Shown here in pieces: positions 23,473 to 35,216 of a stretch of DNA of 35,216 nucleotides. A program made the translations under genes and the position numbers. The notes under the pieces are model-generated. The model searched no databases. It was not told the origin of the DNA and saw nothing but the letters and a program-made list of their open reading frames with translations. Numbering within the stretch: position 1 is the first letter of the stretch; each line of letters begins with the position of its first letter. This stretch comes from Batkoa obscura (lineage: Eukaryota), in contig JASVEC010000181.1 in the NCBI GenBank assembly GCA_030770535.1, positions 1 through 35,216 on the forward strand. The letters are read 5' to 3'.

Positions 23473-25002
23473 GTGAGTTCTCGGCAATTCTTGAGGAGAT
23501 TAATCAAATTAGTTTCTTTTCTTATCATACTTATTTTAGCATCAGGACTTATCAATTCCAATTTAGTTACTATTACTGCCCGTCTATCATTTATTTTATT
23601 TTTCTATATAACTTATACAATCACCGTATTAACCAAAGACAATTCCAAACCAAATACAGCTTTTAAACCAGTAAATAAGCGATTTAAAACAATACCAAAC
23701 AATATAAAAATCGTACCAAATTCAACTTCATCCAAATCAACTAGTAATTTACTATCGCCTTTATTAACACCGGCTATTAAAATTTCTCTATCTTTATCTC
23801 AGCCCTCTTCCCCAATATTAAATAATCAATTATTATCGCCTATGATGATTCGTACCCATTCTCAACCAAGTCAATATTCACCATTCAATACGATTAGGAT
23901 ACCAACTACATCAATGGATAATTTAGAAAATAATAATATACCATCAACAAATCGAACAGAAACAACAAGCAAAACAAACCCTATAAAAAACAATGAAAGC
24001 ATTGATTTACTTCCAGTAAAAAATAGTAGTTCATTAGCTATTTTACCTATTTTACTCGCACTATTACCTCCATTATTAGCTTTCTTTCTGGGTATGGAAG
24101 ATTTATGGAGTGATTTGTTTTTGTTAATTTTAGTTATATTTTATTTATACAATCTGATTCAACTACCTTGGGATTTTTATTTAGCTGCACGCAAGAAAAG
24201 ATTTATAAATCCAATTGATTTAACAATGTATAATCAAAATGAAAACTTACCAGCGGATGCCAGTAGTGAAGCATTACGTTACCAAGCTCAATATCGATTA
24301 TGGTGGTATGAAAAAATAAGCTTTTTAATGGTAATAATTAGCCCTATCCTTGGAGGTTATATATTTTTAATAGCTCGTTCCCAATTAACTAATTTGGATA
24401 CTTTTGTATCGGATTTTAATTTACTACTATTCATATTAGCTGCTGAAGTAAGACCAATGGTTCATTTGGGCCAATTGTTAACCAATAGTGCTAATGAATT
24501 ACAGCAAGTGGTCAGTCATCAAACAGCTGCTTTACAAAGTATGCAATTTCGATTACAAGGGCTTGAAAATCAAATGGATCAATTACGTCAAGCTTTTGCA
24601 ACAAAACAAGATATCTCGAAAGTTAAAAATCAATTTGAGCCACCTTTAAATCAGTTATCTCAATTAGTTATGCGTCAATATCAAAAAGAAAAATTAGAAA
24701 TTAAAAGATTTGAACAAAGTATTACTGTTATTCAAAGACAAATTCAACAACTTCAAACAGAGCTTAATTTGGAAGATTTTGATCATGAAAATTCTAATGA
24801 TAATAATGGTATTGAGGTAGCTTCTTGGTTATTTCAAAAGGATGGGCCGCTGCTACCGGAGCTTCCGATTAGAATCACTGCTCTACCTTCATTTACCCTT
24901 AAATTGTTTATACTTCCTATTACTCTATCCGCTTCCCTAGTCCATTTTATTTCAAGGCATATAATTCCTAATCGTAGTCCAGCATTAATTACACAGAATT
25001 AA
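23473..25002 (+). CDS. Conserved fungal uncharacterised membrane protein with a C-terminal coiled coil; first ATG at 23842
   Basis: Long intronless ORF with several TM segments. Motifs QLPWDFYLAAR and VSDFNLLLFILAAEVRP resemble a widespread fungal hypothetical family. The start site is uncertain. Confidence 0.85.
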   Translation: MSSRQFLRRLIKLVSFLIILILASGLINSNLVTITARLSFILFFYITYTITVLTKDNSKPNTAFKPVNKRFKTIPNNIKIVPNSTSSKSTSNLLSPLLTPAIKISLSLSQPSSPILNNQLLSPMMIRTHSQPSQYSPFNTIRIPTTSMDNLENNNIPSTNRTETTSKTNPIKNNESIDLLPVKNSSSLAILPILLALLPPLLAFFLGMEDLWSDLFLLILVIFYLYNLIQLPWDFYLAARKKRFINPIDLTMYNQNENLPADASSEALRYQAQYRLWWYEKISFLMVIISPILGGYIFLIARSQLTNLDTFVSDFNLLLFILAAEVRPMVHLGQLLTNSANELQQVVSHQTAALQSMQFRLQGLENQMDQLRQAFATKQDISKVKNQFEPPLNQLSQLVMRQYQKEKLEIKRFEQSITVIQRQIQQLQTELNLEDFDHENSNDNNGIEVASWLFQKDGPLLPELPIRITALPSFTLKLFILPITLSASLVHFISRHIIPNRSPALITQN

Positions 25003-25226
25003 ATTTTATTTTATTTTTATTTTTTACTATAAAGTCGAATTATTCTAATTTTTATAATGAATTTCTTAGTTTTATTATTTTAAAAGTTTCAAAACTATTC
25101 CCCATTCATTGAACTTTGGGACCAATTTTAAGTTTTATTGGTTTGATTTTTTAATAAAAAAATTTCGAAATAAAAGGAAAAGGATTGCTTTTTAAAAGAT
25201 TTAAAAATTATTAAAAAGGTTAAAAA

Positions 25227-27480
25227 ATGGCAAATAAATTGAATATAAAAAGTAGTAAGATTTCATTTAAACCCATGATTCTTAATAACAATATCTAACC
25301 TTCTCTTATAGACAGTAAACGTAAAAATAATTCCGTTGCTGATTCACCACCTAAAAAGTTATCTAAACCAGTCACTCAAACTGAAGAAGAAGAAGGTGCT
25401 TCTAGTGTAGAAGATTTTGAAAACTTTGATGAAGAAAATTATGAAGAAGAAGTAGGCGAAAACTTTGATTCAAACTTAGAAGGTAATCATGAAGAAGGTA
25501 TCAATGAAGAGTTTAAAAATCAAAATAAACAAAGTAAGTTGTTAGCAGCTATAAATTAGATAGAATGAAGAACTAATAATGATAATTTTTTAAATAATAG
25601 GTTCCAAAGAATCTCATCAAGCTACCAAAGCCTTGCGTTTAGAACGTAAAGCTAACAAACCACATGCTGAACTTTTATCCCACTGTAAAAAGATATGGGA
25701 AAAGATGAGAAATAGTAAAGTACCAAGAAAAAGCTTAGAATGTCATGTAACAGACATGATTGACTTGTTAAAAGGAAAGGTAGTCGAGGTAAGTATTTGG
25801 TTGTTCTTTTTTCGATTGAATGAAGATATTGATGGTAAATCGATTTTTAGTTATCTTTAAAACATGATGCTTCTAGAATTGTTCAAACTTGTTTAAAATA
25901 TGGTAGTCAACAACATAGAGCTATTATTGCCGAAGAGTTGAAAGGTCATTATTTGGAATTAGCTAAAGCTAAATATGGACATTTTATTGTATTGAAAATT
26001 TTAAAATATTGGTAAGTTTAATCAAGCTTAATTTAAAGTTTTTGTTTTTAATGATATTTTTTTAGTAAAGAACAAAGAGGTTCTATCATCTCCGAATTTT
26101 ATGGTAATGTTCAAAGACTTATAACTCAAAAAGTAAGTTTATCATAGATTTTGTAATGATTTTTTAATGTTCAATATTAAATTAATTAGGATGGTTCAAG
26201 TGTAATTGAAGAAGCATATGCAATTTATGCTAATCCAGAACAAAAAACAAATTTATTACAAGAATTCTTTGGCCCTGAATTTGTTGTTTTTAAAGTAAAT
26301 TCAGAATTTATACTTACTATTAATAATTTGATTTAATTTTAATATTACTGTAGAATAATGCAAGTCAATATACTACCCTTGAATCATTATTAAAATCCAA
26401 TGAAGCTAAAAGAGAATCTATATTACAATCATTATATGACTCTTTAGTTAAAATTTTAAATAAAGGAATTATCAATCATTCTATTATTCATCATGCTCTT
26501 ATTGAGTATCTTGATAATGCTAATCCAGCTCAAATTCAGGTAAATAAAAATAATTGTATAAAATATTGAAAATGTTAATGTAAAACAAATAGGAAATGAT
26601 TGGTTTACTTAAAGAACATGTAGTCGAAATACTTCACACTAAAGATGGCTCTAAAGTAGCCATGAAATGTTTACTTTATGGAAACGTTAAAGATCGTAAA
26701 GTAATAGTGAAATCATTCAAACCTTTTGTTGAAAAGATAGCTAAAGAAGAATATGGGCATTTAGTATTATTACAATTATTTGATGTAGTAGACGATACTG
26801 TATTAGTAGATAAAAACATCATAGTTGAATTAATCAAGAATGCTAACAATTTATTGGAAGACAAATTTGGTAGACGTGCAATTGCTTATCTCTTAGTTGG
26901 TAGATCATTTAGATATATATCAAAACCGTCCGTTGATTTATTGGCTTCTCATGATGAAATAAGAACTCAATTTTCCAAAAAAGAATCAAGTGCACGTGCT
27001 AATGAATTGAATGTAGCTGTATCAAAAGGATTAATTGAATATTTTGAAATTCATGTTGGCGATATATTAATTCAACCTAAACCAAGTCAAATATTAGAAG
27101 ATACTATTATTCATGGACAAGGAGATAAATCTAAATTAATACAAAAGATATGTCAATTAATTAAAGATGATTATCAGGTGGATGGAACTACTTTATTAGA
27201 GCATATCAATTCAAGTCGAGTTATTAAAAAATTAATTAAATTTGAAGATGAAGAAAGTAAAGCTCATCCATATGCTAAACCTTTTTTTGAAGCTTTGAGT
27301 AAAGAAAAATTAGTCCAATTTTGTAAGAATAGAGGGAGTTTTATTATATTATCACTTTTGGAATCCCCAGATACTGAAAAACAAGTGAAAGCGATATTAA
27401 AATCACATAAAAAAGAAATTGTTGAGATCCAAAATACAGGTAACCATGGCGCTGATTTAATTATTCAAAAATTAAATTGA
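25227..27480 (+). CDS. PUF6: Pumilio-homology nucleolar protein Puf6/PUM3 (multi-exon)
   Basis: Acidic N-terminus, ERKANKPHA, LKHDASRIVQTCLKYG, EILHTKDGSKVAM and FDVVDDTVLV, with a CPL-like C-terminal region. Confidence 0.95.
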
Positions 27481-27709
27481 AGCGTTGGGGAATAGAGTAA
27501 TTAAGTTTTATATAAACTTAATTCTATTTTTATAGAGTTTTTATAATTATAATAAAGATTTGAAAATATTAATTGAATTGTTTATTGCTTTATACCTTTT
27601 TTTTAAAAAACAAAAATAAATTTGATTAATGAAAATTATATTATAACAATAGTGAATAATAAATTTATAAAGTTATGTATTTTTATTATCCCTTTTTTAA
27701 ACTTTATTT

Positions 27710-27808
27710 GGGGATGTGCTTTTTTGTTTAAGAATTTTACTAACAATTTTTCCACTCAAATAGCGCTTAAAACATGGAAAAAGTAGTGAAGCTAAAAAAA
27801 ACACCCCC
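27710..27808 (+). mobile_element. 99-bp MITE copy 4, TSD ATTT/ACTT
   Basis: GGGGATGTGC...AAACACCCCC, homologous to 9302-9400. Confidence 0.92.
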
Positions 27809-28219
27809 ACTTGGTCATTCTATAATTTAATAAAATAGAGTAAACATTAATTATTTAATTGAGACTATATAATTCTTGAAAAGTAGTTTATTCGATGTAA
27901 TTAAATTACCTGAACCAACTCTTACAATGTCTGGAGTTTCCGGCAAGTCTCTGCCTTCTGTTAAGAGTTTTACTAGTTGTACTCCCATTCTTTTCACTCC
28001 GTACTTTAGCCTGGTTTCAACTCTCTATTTTCTCTCTGGATATCCTTTGCTCCAAAATTCACTTGTCTTTATAAAATATAGCTTATTTGTCTTCTTGGAT
28101 TTCAGTAACCTTTTCCTACGTGAACAAATCGAATGGCTTCCAATATCTGTCAGTAGCAGCTAGGTAGCTAAGGTTGGTATTGTAGCTTTATTTAGTCTTA
28201 TTTGATTAACTCATCAAAT

Positions 28220-28314
28220 GGGGATGTATTTTTTTGTTTAAGAATTTTACCAATCTTTCCACTCAAATAGTGCTTAAAAAATGGAAAAATAATGAAACCA
28301 AAAAAAACATCCCC
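28220..28314 (+). mobile_element. 95-bp MITE copy 5, TSD AAAT
   Basis: GGGGATGTATTTT...AAAACATCCCC flanked by AAAT on both sides. Confidence 0.94.
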
Positions 28315-28359
28315 AAATATAGCTTTAAATATACAAAATGAAGTAGAGGCTACTTCCTA

Positions 28360-29300
28360 TAAAGTAAGTTGTGCTTTTGAGATAGATTCAACAACTCATT
28401 AATCAGTACAATTTAAAGAGTTACTTGCTTTATATGATAAATTATAGAAATTAAAGGGTTCAGTTTTATATTATTGTACTGCCTGTTCTAGATGATTGCT
28501 TTATCCTGCTTTATTCATATTGATAAATTCATTTAAAAGCAAGGACTTTACAAATACGATGGTTTTAATATTTAATATTTAACCAAGTTTATTGATGTTT
28601 TGTACTATAGAAATTACAAAGTCATTGGTTTATCTTTTGACATAAACTTATCAACAAACAATGAAAGAAACTGATGAATCTACAAATATAAGACTGAGTA
28701 AACAAAAATTAACAATATTTTGTTACCTGAAGCTTACAATTTATTATTTGAAATTAGTAGAAGTAAAGCAGTAACCAACATAATAGAAGCAGTGAGTAAT
28801 AAAAAATAAGTATTGAACGCTTTATTTAAATAAAGTAACAAACGAACGTAATTAATTTTAAGGTCTATTTGATTAAAACAAGTAATTATTACTGAATTTA
28901 AACAGGTGAAAATTTACAAGCAAAAGATAACCTTTGGTATTTTTAATAATAGTTTCTTAGCTAGGAGATAGTGGGATAATAGATTTATAATATAAATTTA
29001 AAGAGAGCGAAACGAAATGGAAATAAAAATTCTAAAAATTTTATAGCTAATAAAGATAAGTATAAATAGATAAAAAACCCACCCTAGTTAATGATGCTAA
29101 AAGTAATGTTTAACAAGCTTATTAAACTTTTAGATGTTATCTTTTGGTAATTAGGAAATAGGAGATGCTATAGAACTTATCAATATGCTTATTAACAATA
29201 TTGAGTTTATCTTAAAGATGAGTATATTGGGTTCACTCTCAATGTTGATTCTAGTATTGAGTATAAAAACCTACTTGTTTGATTTATAGATTCGCTTTAA
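28360..29300 (+). mobile_element. Heavily decayed Ty3/Gypsy-like RT-RNase H remnant
   Basis: Degenerate motifs appear in the expected order: LKGS (~28450), GLYKY (~28545), SLVYL..TMKE..RLSKQKLT (~28625-28715), DKKPTLVNDA (~29070, cf. FILETDAS) and SIEYK..DSL (~29260-29295). Many stops and frameshifts. Confidence 0.5.
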
Positions 29301-29815
29301 GTGATGAAGTGTTATTTCAAAAGAATGGAAAGCGGATTAAACCATAAAAAATTAAGCAATCTTTTATAGATTGTCTCATTGATGTCCATTGTGATATGAC
29401 TATATTTAGTACATAGACAACTATATTTGTCATTAAAAAAAATGAAATCAGAATCGATCTGATTGTTTTATCAGAAGGAAGTATAAATATATATCCTGTA
29501 GAAAACTAGAGTACAAATATCTGATTAAACAATGGTATTTATCATATTATTAATTAGATTAGAGAGGAATATGGTTTATTTTAAATCTTTTTGAACTTTT
29601 TATTTAAATAAAGAAATATCAAGAAACCTGTTTTTTATATTCAAATAAAGCTAAATGTTTATATCCTCAATCTCAGTCTTAATGGAGGTAGTATTCTATA
29701 TATTAAATATACCCAAGATTCAATTCAATTTTCGAATAAAAGGGATTTTTGAATTGTAACTTTTAATTTGAACCAAATGACTATCTAATCAGCAGTGTTA
29801 GAGATTGAAGTTTTA

Positions 29816-31226
29816 ATGTTTTATTTAATTAAGAATGGATTCAAGTCAACCACATTAAATAAAAGGATAGGTAAAATAAGCATAGACTATATAACAGATT
29901 AACAAACATGAAATCTAGTTTACTATAAAACCGTGATCACTTCATCGATTGATATTACACTAAAAACAACTAAAAAATCAAATCCCCAATGGCCAATTTT
30001 TGTAATTGAAGAAAGCTGGGGAACTTCTAGAGTGGATACATACCTTCGGAATAGATTAAATTTAGAATTTTCATTAACTCAAAAGTTACTTCGATTAAAA
30101 AAAGTAGCTATCAATGGTAAAAAACAAAAGGAGGGTAGTTACAAGATTCAACCGGGAGATGAGCTGGTTATTAAAGAAAGGAATTTATTGGATTTTATAG
30201 TGAATGAGGAGAAGAAAATGGATCGAAGGAAAGATGAGGATGACGCGCCTTTGCCCTTTGATATTGTATTTCAGAACAAACATTTGATATTAATAAATAA
30301 ACCCAAGGGTTTACCAGTGCAGGGTAAATTTGAATAAATCAATTTAAAATTTAACCAATCTATTTTAGGTGGAAGTAAACTAATGGACCATATTGGAAAT
30401 TACTTTGAAAGTAAATGAGACACTTAAATATCATTATAAAGCTAATCAAAATTAAAGAGATAAAAGGTAATTCTATTGATAAGCCAAGGATAGTTCACCG
30501 ACTGGATAAAGTAAGTTTATATTTTTAATATAAAAAAGTAGCATCTTTACATCAATAGGAAGTTACAGGGGCCCTAATATTAGCAAAAACACATAAATCT
30601 TCAGTAATATTAAGTGATTTATTTCATGGAAATAAAAGCTTAGTAAAAACAGCTGATAGTAAATTAATCAAGTATTATCTAGCTATTATACATCACCAAC
30701 CGAAATCAATATCAGGGCTTATAACAGATCCTATTTATTATAATAGCGATGGGACAGTAAGTATTCAAAAAAATAATAATAGTAATTTGAAAATAGAAAA
30801 AAAAGAAAGTATCACAGAATATAAAGTATTACAAACAAATGAAAAATACAGTCTATTAGCATTAAAATTATTAACTGGTAGAAAACATCAATTAAGATTA
30901 CATTTAGCTCATAGTTTAAATACACCAATATTAGGCGACAAAAAATATAGTAATAATACAATTAATGCTCCATTGATGTTACATTGTTTAGGTATGGATC
31001 TAATGGTAAGTAAATAACTTTTATTTTATTAATAAACAATAACTTCATTTTATAGAATAAAGAATTAATTAATGATGAGGATTTTAAAAATTATCAAATT
31101 ATTTTCAATAATCAGATGTATGGTGATGTAATTGAAGAGTATATTAATAGCTTACCAAATAATGGCTTAAAATTGTTTGTCCCTCCACCATCTCATTTTA
31201 TGAAGCTTTTGAAAAATGTGAGATAA
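29816..31226 (+). CDS. RluA-family pseudouridine synthase with N-terminal S4-like domain, probably mitochondrial (multi-exon)
   Basis: RVDTYL..INGK S4-like region, INKPKGLPVQG, catalytic IVHRLDK, LTGRKHQLRLH and PILGDKKY. The basic N-terminus is presequence-like. Confidence 0.93.
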
Positions 31227-31349
31227 TAATTACTTGAGTTTGTTTTAATATATTTATAAAAAATATGAATACAAAACATAAAATAAAAAAGTATTAAAAT
31301 TAAATAAAAACTCTATATATTATTTTTATCTAGTTATTAGGAATACTAA

Positions 31350-32534
31350 TTATTCTTCAAATACAGTTCTATTTGGATTATTTTCTGAAACTTCAACTGG
31401 GATAGATTGTTTTGGTTCTTCTTGATTTTGATTTTGATTTTGGTTTTGATTGGATTTTCTAGGTCTTTTTGAACCTCTTAAAGGATGACCAACTGGTAAA
31501 TTGTTACCTCTTTCAGTAGCCTCAGCAGAAGCATACATAACTTTTAAGGATCGTCCATTTAATTTTCTTTTTTGAAATGCTCTTAAAGCTTGTGTAGCGG
31601 AGTTTTGCTCTTTAAAATCCACCCAGGCGTAACTAAAGAGGATTTGAATTAAATATAAAAACAAAAATACCAAATTGAAATTAACTTACCCCTTACAACG
31701 CCCTGTATCTTCAAATGTAGAAATTCTCACTTTTTTGATTTCACCATATTTTTCAAATACTTCTTGAATATGCTCTTTAGTAGTTTCAAAACTTAAATTA
31801 CCAACAAATATAGTTGGTAATACTTCACCTTCTTTTTCAGCTTCTACGGCTTTTAAGGCGGGTGCTTTTTTGCCATTTTTAACAAAATTCTTGGCATCTT
31901 TAATTAATACATTTCTTCCAATAAGTTCTTGTTCTGATTTTTCAATTGCTTTCTTTTGACTTTCTTCTGTTTCAAAATCAACATAAGCGAATCTAGTTAA
32001 AAAACATCAAAAGATTTACAAGTATATACAAAAAACAGCTTACCCTTTATTCCTACTGAATGTAGCTGGAAGATTAACTCTAGTAACTTTACCACAATCA
32101 GCAAAGAATCTTCTTAATTCTTGTTCAGTAGTAGTAAACCTTAAATTACCAACCCAAACAGAAAATTTACTCCTATCTCCCATCTTCTCTTTTTGCTTTT
32201 CTTTTTCTTCTTTTTTCTTATCCATTTCAGTAATATCATCCACCGTCAATTTCTTTTTATTAGTTTTTGGCTCAATTACTTTGATTCCGTCATCTTCTAC
32301 TGCAGCGTTGGCTTTTTTGACTGGCTCGAAACCAGTTACGATGTCAAGGATGTTAAAGGCATCATCATCATCATCTTTTTTACTCTTCACTTTTTCTTTT
32401 TTCTCTTTTTTCTCTTTTTTCTCTTTCTTGGATTTTTTGGATTTTCTTTCTTTGATGGATTCGACGACAGCCTCCTCTTGTTCTGATTGAACTTTTGGCT
32501 CTATTTGCTCGTTTTTAACTTTAGTTTCTTTCAT
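31350..32534 (-). CDS. Nucleolar two-RRM protein, Nop13/Rnp24-like
   Basis: Lys/Glu-rich N-terminus. RRM1 is VWVGNL..NKG|FAYVDF..GRNVLIKDAKNF and RRM2 is IFVGNLSF..STFEDTGRCKG|YAWVDF. Introns at 32043-31993 and 31689-31633. Confidence 0.9.
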
Positions 32535-32801
32535 TTTGTTTTTAAAAGTTAAAATAAATTATTTGATTTAGAATTTTAGTTCAAAAATTTTAATATTAGT
32601 TTGATTGGTTTAATTCAAGTAGGCTTGGGGCTATGAGCCAAATAATTGTAAGTTAAGAAATTAAAAAACAAAAAATAGTTAATAAAAATTAAAGTTTCAA
32701 TTTAGGCATTAAATCAACTTGTGGTTAATCAAATAACAAAAATTTCAGATGTTGTTTTATAAAAGACTACCTACTCATTTTGAGTAGAAATCTTCACATG
32801 A

Positions 32802-32874
32802 AACTCCCTGCGGGACTCGAACCCGCAATCCTCAGATTAGAAGTCTGATGCCTTATCCATTGGGCCAAGGGAGC
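32802..32874 (-). tRNA. tRNA-Arg(TCT), intronless, 73 nt
   Basis: Acceptor stem GCTCCCT/AGGGAGT, anticodon arm TCAGA-CTTCTAA-TCTGA, T arm GCGGG-TTCGAGT-CCCGC. Confidence 0.97.
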
Positions 32875-33149
32875 TGTTGATCTAATAATTAAATATTGCT
32901 ATATAAAACAATTGTTTTTATTTAAATTTTAAAATTTGACAGAATTTTTTAACAAGAGTACTATTTGGACCCAGCTCATTCATGTTGATTTGGCCAAAAG
33001 GTTAATATGAAGATTACTATAATATCTGAAATTACATAATGTGAATATGACTTTAACAAACATATATATCAATAGATATAAATTACTTTAGTAATGTTTT
33101 AGCAATTTTTTCTGTTAAAATGTTTTATACTATACCAAAACTAAATCCT

Positions 33150-33890
33150 TTTTAACACTTCAAAGTAGCTAAATTTGTTGTAGCCCAATAAATAATACAG
33201 TAAGTAGTATCAAATAAAGGTATTAAAATTTCAAAATTTGATTTACCTTTATATGAGTACATTATGATATGTCAAAAATTTGCTGTTTTAAAAGTATTAT
33301 ACGCTTTTTTGTAAAAGCCCACAGATCTCACTGAAGTTATTAGGCTGCCTACATCTCCAATGTCGTAATATCAAGTGTTGAATAGAGCTTGGCATCTTTA
33401 AGAAGCTTTGTTTTATGTTGTTTGATAAATCATCCATTGAGAATTGTAATGAATTTAATCCTATTTCTAGGACTTTTTTTAAAGCTAAAAAACTAACATC
33501 ATCTATAAATGCTCTATAATCCATCAAAAATATATTTGTTTTTTGGTTTTAATATTTAGAAAAAGTAAATAGCTTTATTGTTACTCAATAGATAGTATAT
33601 CAGACAATATAGAGTAAAGCTTATTAAAGAGATTAAGCTTCACACTACGTTTACTATTATAATTTCAAATTATGTTGAAAACCTGACTGCTTTAAAATGA
33701 GCTTATATGTACTATTTTTGAGTCGTTTTGAGTTATAATGAATTACTTAGTTTGAAATCTTAAAAAAAGACAAGCTATATTAAATAGTATAGTATTAATT
33801 ATTTTGATAACAAAAGTTTATAAAAAACAATACTAGATAATTTTTATGTAATAATTTATATATTTATTATTAAAATAACGTCCTCAAAAA
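33150..33890 (-). mobile_element. Decayed non-LTR (LINE-like) reverse transcriptase remnant
   Basis: RAFIDDVSFLA (YxDD-type motif) lies in ORF 33297-33527, preceded by degenerate LKQSGF and ILSIE segments in RT order. Many stops. Confidence 0.4.
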
Positions 33891-34252
33891 CTGCTCCAAA
33901 TGGGCTAGTTTTCAAAAATAAACTCCTCCATTTTCAAGTTGCAATAACATCTACCACTGTATTTTATATAACAAATAATTTATAATTACTATTTTAACAG
34001 ATATTATAGATAATGTTTTAAAAAAAATTACTTACTAAATTTTTAATGGTAATTATAAACAAACTGGCCCCTTTGGCTTAAAGCGTTTGAATGGTACTTA
34101 TTAAATAGTACCATTAATTTTAATAAAAATCCAAGTAGAATTCATCTATTATTTTTAGGAGCATAATAAGCCAATGAGAGTTGGATTACCTTTTACTTAT
34201 TAAAAATACATAAAAGTCAACAATACTTTTTTGTTTCTATCCCAACATTAAG

Positions 34253-35216
34253 ATGAAAGAGATTACGACCAAAGAGAATACGAGCAATTTTTTTGATTAT
34301 TTAATTCAACCCAATTTACTATCCCAAGAAGTAGGCTTATCAAATAATTACACGAATTTCTAAACTTTAATAAGATTAGTAAATTAGAAACCATAGAAGC
34401 TAAAAGGATATTTGCAAATAAATGGCTGCCTTCATTTCTGAACGAAAGAGTACTTACTACTTTAATATTAAAACCAGTTGAAAGTATTCATTTTTATAAT
34501 ACTGGATTGCCTGCATTTGCTTCTGTTTATGCAGTTACCGCACGTCAAAAATTACTGTTAAAGTTTGGGGCGATGGTATTTAGCTAGTTTGTATAAATGT
34601 ATAAATCTAATAATTAAAGTTAATTGATTGTGCCAATTTGAGTTTAAAAGAAATTGGAAAAATATCTTTAGAAATGCAAAGAGCGGTATTAATTGCTAGT
34701 TTATCTTTATCATAGTAATTATTATATTATAGAATTTAAAGTCAAACTAATGATTACTAGCAATGATCTTGATAATATTGATTCTGCGAATAATCAATCG
34801 AAAGAATTATTATTTCAAAACAAACCGGATTATTTAAAACCCATCTATTTATATCAACAATGGGTTTTAAGATGTGTTTATAAAAATAAATTTAAGTTGT
34901 TAAATATGTTGGGTGACGCTACCAAATTTTTTGACTATTTTTATGATCAACTTATTGTCAATTATGGCACTTCTAAACAAAATATGCCATCAGATACATG
35001 GTTTTCTATTGTTTATGATTTAATTGAATTTGCTTTTCTTAAAAATGATTATAATAAAGTACGTGAATTGGGTCAAATGTGTGTGGATAGGAAAAATGAA
35101 ACTGAAGAGATTAGGTAAAACTTTACCGAAGATCTGATATATAATTTAAACTTTATAGTAAGAGATAGACTGGCAAAGAGTAGAAGTTATTGGAATTTGT
35201 AATTCAAGTAGAAAAA
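34253..35216 (+). CDS. 5' part of a multi-exon gene resembling Integrator complex subunit 8
   Basis: Spliced peptides FFDYLIQPNLL, RQKLLLKFGAM, YLYQQWVLRCV and IVYDLIEFAF resemble, in order, the INTS8 N-terminal segments WFEFLL, LKLLALKVAA, LLYNRWAIRTI and VCYDLG (recalled, not aligned by tool). The gene runs off the right edge. Confidence 0.6.

Noticed and set aside
27876..28163. 95-aa ORF between MITE copies 4 and 5
   Set aside because: It has a TTG start and no recognisable motif, and probably represents decayed TE sequence. The two MITEs have separate TSDs, so they do not form a composite element.
877..32490. Short antisense or overlapping ORFs (877, 2506, 4310, 11670, 17111, 17229, 18512, 26676, 32193, 32281)
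   Set aside because: They are shadow frames of real genes or low-complexity sequence.

Overview
Very AT-rich eukaryotic DNA with short (~35-60 nt) GT-AG introns. The gene content is fungal, most likely an early-diverging, non-Dikarya fungus (inference). Housekeeping genes are: cytoplasmic dynein heavy chain (5' part, runs off the left edge), EMC1, BUD23, an RPEL-repeat protein, a conserved fungal membrane protein, PUF6, an S4+RluA pseudouridine synthase, a Nop13-like two-RRM protein, tRNA-Arg(TCT), and an Integrator subunit 8-like gene at the right edge. The main accessory locus (8807-14929) is a nested stack of mobile DNA. A 2.4-kb Sola-like DDD transposon (GGGG...CCCC TIRs, 4-bp AAAT TSD, one frameshift) is inserted in the opposite orientation into an older decayed copy of itself. 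The old copy also carries ~99-bp GGGG...CCCC MITEs and two TG...CA insertions. The whole block is bracketed by an apparently perfect 307-bp inverted repeat. Both transposon copies have a ~140-nt multi-stem structure just after the transposase stop. Decayed Ty3/Gypsy-like and non-LTR-like remnants and two more MITE copies lie further right. All comparisons were done by eye; no searches were run.
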